A DNA stretch of 64,000 bases, from assembly GCA_964247055.1 (NCBI GenBank), contig OZ176053.1:1-64000 (forward strand), given 5' to 3'. The translations under genes were made by a program, and so were the position numbers. Shown here piece after piece: positions 37,727-49,700 of the stretch. This stretch comes from Paragordius varius. Lineage: Eukaryota; Animalia; Nematomorpha. Below the pieces are notes generated by a model that ran no database searches, was not told the origin of the DNA, and saw only the letters and a program-made list of their open reading frames with translations. Every line of letters starts with the position of its first letter. Position 1 is the first letter of the stretch.

Positions 37727-40700
37727 ACCTTCATCCATCCTAATACTGAAACGTCGCGGTTTCGGTGACGGATGGATGTAAACTCAAATACGATAATCCA
37801 TTAACACAGTTACATCAAAATCAGTTGTCCAACATTCCTGACTCCATCTATCCTAACACTGAAAAGAGGTGGTTTCGGTTACGGATGGATGTAAACTTAA
37901 TATACGATAATCCATTAACACAGTTACATCAAAATCAGTTGTCCAACATTCCTAACTCCATCTATCCTAATACTGAAAAGAGGTGGTTTCGGTTACGGAT
38001 GGATGTAAACTTAATATACGATAATCCATTAACACAGTTACATCAAAATCAGTTGTCCAACATTCCTGACTCCATCTATCCTAATACTGAAAAGGGGTGG
38101 TTTCGGTTACGGATGGATGTAAACTTAATATACGATAATCCATTAACACAGTTACATCAAAATCAGTTGTCCAACATTCCTGACTCCATCTATCCTAATA
38201 CTGAAAAGGGGTGGTTTCGGTTACGGATGGATGTAAACTCAAATGCGATAATCCATTAACACAGTTACATCAAAATCGGTTGTCCAACATTCCTAACTCC
38301 ATCTATCCTAATACTGAAAAGGGGTGGTTTCGGTGACGGATGGATGTAAACTTAATATACGATAATCCATTAACACAGTTACATCAAAATCAGTTGTCCA
38401 ACATTCCTAATTCCATCTATCCTAATACTGAAAAGGGGTGGTTTCGGTTACGGATGGATGTAAACTTAATATACGATAATCCATTAACACAGTTACATCA
38501 AAATCAGTTGTCCAACATTCCTAATTCCATCTATCCTAATACTGAAAAGGGGTGGTTTCGGTGGCGGATGGATGTAAACTTAATATACGATAATCCATTA
38601 ACAAAGTTACATCAAAATCAGTTGTCCAACATTCCTAACTCCATCTATCCTAATACTGAAAAGGGGTGGTTTCGGTTACGGATGGATGTAAACTTAATAT
38701 ACGATAATCCATTAACAAAGTTACATCAAAATCAGTTGTCCAACATTCCTAACTCCATCTATCCTAATACTGAAAAGGGGTGGTTTCGGTTACGGATGGA
38801 TGTAAACTTAATATACGATAATCCATTAACACAGTTACATCAAAATCAGTTGTCCAACATTCCTAACTCCATCTATCCTAATACTGAAAAGGGGTGGTTT
38901 CGGTTACGGATGGATGTAAACTTAATATACGATAATCCATTAACACAGTTACATCTAAATCAGTTGTCCAACATTCCTAACTCCATCTATCCTAATACTG
39001 AAAAGGGGTGGTTTCGGTGACGGATGGATGTAAACTCAAATGCGATAATCCATTAACACAGTTACATCAAAATCGGTTGTCCAACATTCCTAACTCCATC
39101 TATCCTAATACTGAAAAGAGGTGGTTTCGGTGACGGATGGATGTAAACTTAATATACGATAATCCATTAACACAGTTACATCAAAATCAGTTGTCCAACA
39201 TTCCTAATTCCATCTATCCTAATACTGAAAAGGGGTGGTTTCGGTTACGGATGGATGTAAACTTAATATACGATAATCCATTAACACAGTTACATCAAAA
39301 TCAGTTGTCCAACATTCCTAATTCCATCTATCCTAATACTGAAAAGGGGTGGTTTCGGTGGCGGATGGATGTAAACTTAATATACGATAATCCATTAACA
39401 AAGTTACATCAAAATCAGTTGTCCAACATTCCTAACTCCATCTATCCTAATACTGAAAAGGGGTGGTTTCGGTTACGGATGGTTGTAAACTTAATATACG
39501 ATAATCCATTAACACAGTTACATCAAAATCAGTTGTCCAACATTCCTAACTCCATCTATCCTAATACTGAAAAGGGGTGGTTTCGGTGACGGATGGATGT
39601 AAACTCAAATACGATAATCCATTAACACAGTTACATCTAAATCAGTTGTCCAACATTCCTGACTCCATCTATCCTAATACTGAAAAGGGGTGGTTCGGAT
39701 GGATGTAAACTTAATATACGATAATCCATTAACACAGTTACATCAAAATCAGTTGTCCAACATTCCTAACTCCATCTATCCTAATACTGAAAAGGAGTGG
39801 TTTCGGTTACGGATGGATGTAAACTTAATATACGATAATCCATTAACACAGTTACATCAAAATCAGTTGTCCAACATTCCTAACTCCATCTATCCTAATA
39901 CTGAAAAGGGGTGGTTTCGGTTACGGATGGATGTAAACTTAATATACGATAATCCATTAACACAGTTACATCAAAATCAGTTGTCCAACATTCCTAACTC
40001 CATCTATCCTAATACTGAAAAGGAGTGGTTTCGGTTACGGATGGATGTAAACTTAATATACGATAATCCATTAACACAGTTACATCTAAATCAGTTGTCC
40101 AACATTCCTGACTCCATCTATCCTAATACTGAAAAGGGGTGGTTCGGATGGATGTAAACTTAATATACGATAATCCATTAACACAGTTACATCAAAATCA
40201 GTTGTCCAACATTCCTAACTCCATCTATCCTAATACTGAAAAGGAGTGGTTTCGGTTACGGATGGATGTAAACTTAATATACGATAATCCATTAACACAG
40301 TTACATCAAAATCAGTTGTCCAACATTCCTAACTCCATCTATCCTAATACTGAAAAGGGGTGGTTTCGGTTACGGATGGATGTAAACTTAATATACGATA
40401 ATCCATTAACACAGTTACATCTAAATCAGTTGTCCAACATTCCTGACTCCATCTATCCTAATACTGAAAAGGGGTGGTTCGGATGGATGTAAACTTAATA
40501 TACGATAATCCATTAACACAGTTACATCAAAATCAGTTGTCCAACATTCCTAACTCCATCTATCCTAATACTGAAAAGGAGTGGTTTCGGTTACGGATGG
40601 ATGTAAACTTAATATACGATAATCCATTAACACAGTTACATCAAAATCAGTTGTCCAACATTCCTAACTCCATCTATCCTAATACTGAAAAGGGGTGGTT

Positions 40701-40875
40701 TCGGTGACGGATGGATGTAAACTCAAATACGATAATCCATTAACACAGTTACATCTAAATCAGTTGTCCAACATTCCTGACTCCATCTATCCTAATACTG
40801 AAAAGGGGTGGTTTCGGTGACGGATGGATCTAAACTCAATATACGATAATCCATTAAGACAATTCCATCAAAACA
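37727..40875 (+). repeat. Tandem array of a 114-bp unit (27 full intervals, 28 hairpin modules)
   Basis: Unit ATGGATGTAAACTTAATATACGATAATCCATTAACACAGTTACATCAAAATCAGTTGTCCAACATTCCTAACTCCATCTATCCTAATACTGAAAAGGGGTGGTTTCGGTTACGG. Variant units are 113, 107 and 106 bp. Block duplications are visible (e.g. 38227-38680 repeated 797 bp downstream). Confidence 0.98.
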
Positions 40876-42550
40876 TCTAATAATACAACACATTTTTTCC
40901 TTTTCATATAATTCCAATACAGCTCTCTCACTCAAAATTCTTATTTTTTAAAAAATTTTGTTATAACCTATATTTAATTAATGTTTTATTATCCATCATT
41001 AACCCCCAAAATGGGGTCACTATATCACAAAAAAATAAATAATTTAATCAAATATAATATATTGAGATATGGTGATGTTATTTTTTACAATCTATTTTTC
41101 CTGTCTTGTCAAAAATCAATTAGAGGAGATAGCGATTCCGTTACCCTTAATTTTTTAAAACACTAATATTTTCTACAACCAACATCAAAGTTATTGGCAA
41201 GATTTATTTTAAAAATTAAAACTAAAACCCTCTTGTGTTGATTACACCTCTACATATTTCCTAAAAATTAAAATATAGACAAAACGGAAAAACTTAATAT
41301 TTTTATATAAGAATATCCATATTTGTTAAAACAGGAATGGCCACTCTTTTCGGTATTAACCAACTCTAAAAAAATGTTAAAATATATAAAATTGAATTTC
41401 AATCAAAATTTAAGGTTTTTTAGATGATATATAATCCAAAATTGAGCTCAAAATCGAAAAAAAATTATTATGTAAAGCAGCCGCAGAGAGATTTGTGTTG
41501 GACGCCCCTGTGATATAGCTTTATTTTGAATTAATATGCTAATATATATACATATATATATACGTTAGTGTTATAGTAATTGTGATCATGCAAATAGTAA
41601 TACATTCATATGTGTAAATTTAATAATATTTGGTTGTATACTAATTGGATTTCAAGAGTGTCCTTAAACATTTCAAGTTGGTCCTTAAACTTTTTTGTTT
41701 TGTTTTTAACCATTACACTGTACAACAAATCTTTCAGCCACTAGAGATTTCTGCATATTCTGATATTTACTATTAGTTTAAGAGTAAATTCAAAATAAAA
41801 ATATAATTTCACCTAAGAATTTTGTTTAAATTGATTTTTTTCGATGAAGCGCCCTCTTTATCAAAATTTTACTAAAAAATGTTTTACAAACATACAAATG
41901 CCCAATACATGATTCGAAAGAGTAATAAAAACTCTATAAAATGCACACTAATATTTACAGCGATAGCTAATATTGGACATAGGAAGCGACAAACGCGCGA
42001 AGCGAGAGCGTTTTTCTTAATTGTTATATTTTTACTAAGGGATAAAAATAGATACTTGGTATAGATTATGAATGTCCAAAAGATACAATAAGAAAGTTTT
42101 TTTATTAAAACACTTATTTATTGCTTTTATGTCATTCAAAATAGCCATTTTTGAGTTTTTGCGATTTTTAAGACATGGTATTTTAACGATTATGTAATAA
42201 ATATACAGTCATAAATATGAATTTTTATATCCACTAGGTAAAATAATTTTGATGATAACAATTTTTATTAAAAAAGCAAACCAACAGCTTTTTCAAAATT
42301 CTTTTTTTGAATTTCATTCTAATGTAACCCTAACAATTATAATGTTAAAAATATTTATAAGTTTTATGTTATATCGGGGCCAAAAATTATGGATAAACCC
42401 TAATAAATAAAAATTCTTAGGTGCTATTTTTTCAGATATACTCTTTAGGTATTTTAATGAATTGGATTTTAAATTTACAAGAATGGCACTTAAAAAAGTC
42501 AAATGGTGTCTAGTATTATCAATCAAATGTACAGTAATTGTTAATTTTTA

Positions 42551-42616
42551 CAGTGGCATATGGAGTAAAACATTATTCTTCTATGGACTAATATTGTTTT
42601 ACTCCATACGCCACTG
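42551..42616. mobile_element. Short copy of the CAGTAGCGTATG MITE family
   Basis: TA|CAGTGGCATATGGAGTAAAA...TTTTACTCCATACGCCACTG|TA. Confidence 0.75.
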
Positions 42617-42627
42617 TAATATCAAGA

Positions 42628-43926
42628 ATTTTTTTTAATCTGTGTGGCATTTTTTTATCCTTTTATAAGTTGTTGTACAAGTATATAAAAAATAACATTT
42701 ACATATATATTTAAATGTACATACATGTCCCTTTTCGGTACACATATATGAGAGATATATTAACATTGCATATGTCCCCCTTCTCGCTACATATCTCATT
42801 AGAGAACTAATAACATATGTGTGTTGTGCTTACTTAGGTTTGATAAATTTTTTTATAAAATTAGGTATTAATCAGTTGTTATGTGTTGTGCATACTTTGA
42901 TTATTAATTTATAAGTTTGATATATAATTATTTATATAAAATATTAAGTTTTTATTATTTAATATAGATGTAAGTTTGCCATCTACAATAGATCCAAACT
43001 ATGGGAACACATTAATAATCCAGACTCCAGAGATCAAAAAAAATCAGGAAAGATTCAACAATGTGGAAGAATTTTGATTGATAACTTAACTCAAATTCTT
43101 GAAAATATTAAGCACATTCATTTTCTTAAGTATTATGAGCCGACCAAAAAAATTGTCAAAAATATTTGCTTAAATAATTTACCACTTGTAAAATAATTAT
43201 AAATGATATTATTTTACCATTTTTCGTCGATAGTTTAACTAATTTTAGGTGATATAGTGTTTTCAAAAAAGTGAGCAAAATTAAATCAATATTTAAATTT
43301 GTATAATACAAGTTTTATTACGCACATAAGCGATTTATATGTTAATTTCAAATATATTTTTTATAGTCTTATATGATATGAGTTATGATTTTCTGAAATA
43401 TTTTTTAATAAATTGATAAAAACTTAATTTTTTATAAAAAAATTATATATATAAAATTTATAAATTAATTATCGAAGCATGCACAATACAACACATAACA
43501 TACTGATAATAACTTATTTTATAAAAAAATTATGTATCAAACCTTTAAAATTAATTATCGAAGTAGGCACAACAAATATTCAATGTTTTCTCTAATATGA
43601 TATGTAGCGACAAGGGGAACATATGCAATGTTAATGTATATCTCTCATACAGTAGCGTATGGAGTAAAAGATTGTTAGTGCAAAATAGAATAAAAAAATG
43701 TTTTTTTAAAAAAAACAATCCTAGTTGTAAATACACATATGTATAATGTCCCCTTGTTTTTTTAACAAAAACATTTTTTTTATTCTATTTTGCACTAACA
43801 AGCTTTTACTCCATACGCTACTGTATATGTGTACCGAAATGTACATTTAAATATATATGTATCTTTATATACTTGTAAAACAACTTTTAAAAGGATAAAA
43901 AAATTGCCACACAGATTAAAAAAATT
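42628..43926. mobile_element. Foldback element with ~290-bp inverted arms and a short internal coding-like segment; MITE inserted in the right arm at 43650-43823
   Basis: 42628-42915 is the reverse complement of 43470-43926 once the MITE is removed (e.g. TAATCTGTGTGGCA / TGCCACACAGATTA). Confidence 0.75.
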
Positions 43927-45229
43927 TTGTTAATATTAATTTTAGCAATTATTGTGTATAACATTTACAACTTAAATGACCCTTGAACAATTCAAATTTA
44001 CTCTTTAAATAAATTTGTGTTATCGTGATATGATACATCTATAATCTAGAATATTTCTTTATGATACACTTTATAATTTTTTCGGTATTATCTTAATTTT
44101 ACGAAATTTCGGTTTAATATAAATATCGGAGTTCCAATACCTAAAAACATTCATTTTTATTATCATTATTATAGCGATCGTTGTCGATTTATTTCTTTTT
44201 CGAAGGTATATTTTCACCAGTTGATTCGATTCAAGCGAATTATTTAGCTGTTGTCATTTACAATGTAAAAAGTATATTGTATGGATTAATAAGGCACTAA
44301 GCACAGATCTTGGTATATGCCAGTGCTATTTGTTACAAAGCGTGTGTTTACTATTTGTGTTCTTTTTAATATAAATTAGTAATGCAATAGAAAACCCTAA
44401 AAATTAAAAGGCAACTATATTTTAAATCATTGGTATTTTAATAAACAAGCATTAAAAATCAAAATTGGTATCACAATCAATCATATATTATAAAGGTGAA
44501 TTATATGCCTAATGCGGAAAACCAAATTTAAAAGACATGGGTTTTAAAAAATATGAGGCCTTTTCTACATTTTTGTCTTCGAAACATATGGAAACATTTC
44601 CGCGGTGTTATCATCTTTCAAAATTTTGTACATTAAAATTCTTTTACGCTATATCGGAATTTTTGCGTTTAGTTTACTCACGTATTTTATTATTTTAAAC
44701 ATGCGCTAATAGCAAAGGCCAGTTTTCTTATGAAATTATTATTAGTATTAAAGTGTTATTTAAAAAAATAACCTCAACAAGTAAGATTGAATTATTTTAT
44801 AGAAAGGGAACACTATCAGAAGTCCGTAATTTTACCTATTTTTTTCGTTTTACCATGAATCTATTATACGTCCTTTATTTTTATGGTAAATCTATTATGA
44901 ATCTATATAATATAATAAATTGGTTATTTCCGAATCTGTGGAATGTGTTTTAGAAATTGAATCGGTCAGTTTTCAGGAAAAATATCCAACTTTTTATGAA
45001 AATGTCCATTTTTTGTTGAAAGATAAAACTTCGTTTACTGTATAAATAACCCTAGAAATTTAGGACCAAGCAATCAGTATAGCAGAACTTTTTTTACAAC
45101 GGACAACTTAAAGGGGATAAAAAAATATTTTACGGGATAAGTTTTTAATGACATTCCGATCGGTTTTAGTGAACTGCAATTTTAAATAGTTTCAAGTATA
45201 AGAAACGAAATGAAAAATTTTAGAATTGC

Positions 45230-46436
45230 CGAATAAGGGCGATCGTCTTATTTTTCCCCGAGTCCGCAATGAAACGTTAATTATGTTGGACATTTGTGGG
45301 CATATAAGGTTTATTGGCCAAAACAAGACATTGGAAGTTAAGTGAGATCTTGTATGGAGTTTCAATTAAACTGAAGTAGCAAAAATCATTCTGTACAAAT
45401 GGAAAAGTTAATATAAGAATGGATATATCTGGATATTGCCATCCTTTAGATGATTTTTATGGGTTGGTGGCTATCGATAGCAACTATGGGTTAAAGTCTA
45501 GTTCCTAAGAAATGTTAATCCGGATGGTTAAAAATTTAGTGAGTAAGGTACGGGTTAATGATAGTTACCGATAATGGGTCATATTTTACATCTGACTTTG
45601 AAGAAACCTTGCAATGAGCACATTAAACTGTCATCAGTGCTTTCTATCCACTAACAAATGGGCTGGTTAAACGTGTTATTTGACCTTAAAACCACACTAT
45701 AAATAGCTAACGTACTCTAAGGTGCCTTCAAAAAATAATTAAATCAAGTGGAATGTGGATAGCGATATAAAAGGGTGTCCGTATAACTTTCTTCAAAAAA
45801 GATATAAATACCCCTTTCTCCTGGGTCAGAGGATTACCGCAACAATTCAATGACGATATTATACCCAATAAAATTTCACTCCGAACGAAGAGGTGTACAT
45901 AAACAAAGAAATAAATAAATAAATAGAGAAAAGATTCGATTTCAGAAAAAACACAAGTTTCGTTAACGGTAAAAGATGGAAATCAAAGTTTCACAAACAT
46001 GCGGATTAATTACGGCCCACTCGTCGCGAAGGGTGGTGATGGGGATGATGGTTTTCCAACAAAAAACCAAACTGTCGAGTGCAATAGAACAAAAAATAAT
46101 CGGGAAATGGGGCTGGAAAAACCATAAATATCGACACCTCGGCGGCGAAATAAAAACGGAATCCAGTCGTTTGGCCACTCACATGTTTCCCACTACACCT
46201 TTTGACATAACTTGTGTAACCTTTCTACAGGAAACAACCGAAAAAGAACCATAAATAATATACCCCCTGGAAAGATAGGTACCGGGTCTGCTTGGATTCG
46301 GATAAGGAGATATGTTAGATTTGAATATATCATTTGTATAAACTTAGGATGACAAATTTAAATGTTAGATTTAATTATATGTTTTATAGACAAATCTAGT
46401 ATTTGAATTAAACTTTTATCACTTTTATATTAAACA
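45230..46436 (+). mobile_element. Decayed Ty3/gypsy integrase with PPT and probable 3' LTR
   Basis: Fragments KGDRLIFP, VYWP, YLDIA, IVTDNGSYFTSDF, FYPLTNGLVKR and GKRW...H. A purine tract AAGGAGA is followed by TGTTAGAT at 46311, with a candidate LTR end ...TAAACA at ~46436. Many stops. Confidence 0.75.
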
Positions 46437-46770
46437 TGCCACGTTGTTTTACCTTGGTTTAAACATGGAAAAATTACAAACACAAAAAAGCATAAAACAA
46501 CGCAAAGTTAATTTTTGTGATTTAACTTAATGAATCTCATTGTTTGGCGAGTCAACACAAGGAATAATTCATTAAGAATACGAAAAATTACTGGCTATTT
46601 TAAGCAAATTTATGATATTTAACAGGATATAACAACGGTTTTAGTTTTACGTGTCAATATATTCATATGGCAATAATATAGACTGCGCATATTTATTTTT
46701 TCATTTTCAAAACACCCTTGCTGTAAATATTTAAGCCCAACACCAAATAAACAACCATTAAACCATTTTT

Positions 46771-49700
46771 TTAAAACATTTTTATCATTTTTGAAGCATT
46801 TCCAGCAAAAGAAATGTTTTTCAGCTTCTCACATTCTATTACGGTAGCATTAATATTACACATTTTGAAAGTTGTGCAAATTGTAAACCCATAATGATTA
46901 CCATTGCGGTTTAGAGCAACCAATCGATTACAAGCATCATTAAAGTATTCATTATCTAGTAATATAAAACATATAAAGTAAAGCGTGAATATCAAAAATA
47001 TTAAATATATATTATAAGCCTTGTTTGCTCAAAAAATAACAAAAAGGCTTGACTCATAATCCGCATACTAAATCTTTTAAAAAAATTGGTTACGCAAATT
47101 TTGTTGCTTCAAATATTTAAAAAATGTATATCGGAGAGTAAGAAAAATCTAAACGAAGGCATCGTACATCATCGTGACTTAAAATCAGAAACCCTTCTCT
47201 GAGGAAGTAATTTTAACAAGACACTTAATTTAAACGAGTTGCCGTAAAAATTAATAGTTAAGTGGAAAGAAAGGAATTAGATCGGAAAACACACAGATAT
47301 ATGTTTGAGGTGTAAGAAATTGACATTAAATAAAAACATAATTGAATAAGCAATTCTATAAATCAAATATTAACATTGATTAATGATAACATAGAAAACA
47401 TAACAATGAAACTATTTGGAGGCATGTTAAATTCTGAACATAGTGGCGTACCGATAGGGGGCCAAGGGGGGTGGATTATGTCCCGGGCGCAGTTATTTAG
47501 GGGCGCCTAAATAATTTTTTTAAATTAAATTTAAAATATGCAAAAACAACTTTCAAGTAAGATTTTTGAGCAACTTCTTGATAATCCCAAAAATAATATA
47601 AAGATCATAAAAATGAGATCAAGATCAAACATAATGCAAACAACTTTCATTATCCCTTCCACGTGTATAAACTTATTTTTTCGCTTAAAAAACGTTCCTT
47701 TATCAGGCCCATATTGTCAATTCTTTTATTGACTTTAATTAAATTATTTTAACTTCTCGCTCTGTTCAAAACCTTATCTCCTATTCTTATAATTTATAAT
47801 TGCATTTTTATTTTATAAATATTCAATTTCATAACACAATTTTATTTATTTAAATCCCCAAGATCATTCCAATACTAACAAGGTAGTTTTTTATTATAAA
47901 TATAGCCTTTATTTCATAATTACATTTATTTTCATCATATATCAACTAAGCTCACCGGTTTCGAAAAGGAAGCAAAAAATCCAGGAATAAAACAAATAAA
48001 ATGCGAATGAGTAAGAAATCTTTTTTAACAAAAATATCTGACCCTAACATTGAAAAAGTGTATGCGACACAAAGTTAACGGACCTTGATAATAACTTTAA
48101 TACATCTGAAACCTTAGTTATTATTCCAATATATAGAGATGAGAAAACTACAAATAATTTAATTCCAAGCGCTATACCTATAGAGTTTAAATGTCCTTTT
48201 CTAATGATATTCCTCCTGTAATATCTAATCAGCGTCATACAGAAATGATTATTCGTGGATTTCTAGTGTATAACGAAATAAGTGCCATCTCTTTGAAACA
48301 AAAAATCATCGTTTAATGCCTCAATCTTGGTTTTTTCGACGTGTCGGTCAAAAGAGGGATTTGAAGTTGAAAGTTCTTGGTTTTTATATTCACCAAAGAA
48401 CAGATTTGAGTGTTGTATTGATGCCTACTTGATCGATGTTATTACATCGAATATTGGCCTGCATAAAATTTCTAATCAACCAAAATCTCCCTTTTCGAGG
48501 ACATGTTGAGAGTTTAATGTATCTAAGACTCAGCTCCGAAAAATCTCTTATCTTTACTATACCTTTTAGCTCGGTTTGGCCCAATAATGGTAGAACACAT
48601 GAGAACATTGAATCTCATAACTTATCCTATGTTTCATCTAAAATCCAAAACGAGTTTATACATTAAGAGTTAAAGCTAAATTGATCAATGACACAAAGAA
48701 GTTATGGACGTATATTTGATTCAACCCCAAATATAGCGCACCGAAAAACATTTCCAAGTTGCCAGATAAGTTTAAGTGATTATGAGAAAAAGAAAGTTGT
48801 CATAAAGGAATTCTTTTTGGGTTTTTTTTCAGTTATACAACAAAAATGTCAATTGGTAGGTAATTTTAGAAAATTTAAATATGATAATATTCAGTTATCA
48901 AATTGTAGAAATAATTTATCGTCACACCTCTTTAAATAAACATACCTCTGAGTTGGAAGTCCAATTTTACAGTTCTGTCGCTTGAAAGTTTTTTCCAGCC
49001 TGTTATGTTCTTAATTCCTGCACGGTAGGCCCCGAAGGTATGTAATGCTGGTAAAACTGAAATCATAGAAATGTTTAATGAATCAATACGATTGTGGTCC
49101 AAAAAAATTAGTTCAATTGATTGATTATATGCAGCGCGTGTGAAATCAACGGATGTAATATTACTATGATGTATACTAAGGGATTTTAAATGCATCCATT
49201 TCTCAAATGGTTCCAAGTCTGTCAACCCCGAAACATAGCCTAAACTCAAAACTTCAAAATAATTTTCTTTTTTAAAAAAGTCGGGAGTGACCCTACAATA
49301 CCTAAGGATCAAAGATGTTAGAAGTTTAGGGAAAGATTGTGCGGAATTAATAAAGGATGTAACGCGAAGCGATCTGCCTATTATGGTTAAGGAGCGAACG
49401 TTAGGGTATTTTCGTAATATATCAGAAAAATCATAATGATCTTCCAACACGTGCAAAATCACTTCTTTCGCGTTTAAATTTTTTGGAAAAAAGTTTGTGT
49501 ATGATTTCACCTCAAGTCTTTCCAATGAAGGCAAATTAACCTGCAAGGCACTATCAAATGTTGCGTTTAGAGTTAAACTCTCTATGCTTGAGTGATTAAC
49601 ATGACCTACTAAATTTACTTGGCCAATAATCAAAGTTACCTGTTGCAACATTGGAAACAGATGCAAGATGGTCCAATTAAAATCTTTTTCGAAACCAATA

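Noticed and set aside
37765-40707. 38-aa repeat protein (MDVNLIYDNPLTQLHQ...) encoded by the array
   Set aside because: The frame is broken repeatedly by TGA variants and by 113/107/106-bp units. There are no splice signals or non-repetitive termini, and one open frame in a 114-bp unit can arise by chance.
37727-40875. CRISPR array
   Set aside because: There are no unique spacers (whole units are near-identical), no cas genes, and the context is a eukaryotic telomere.
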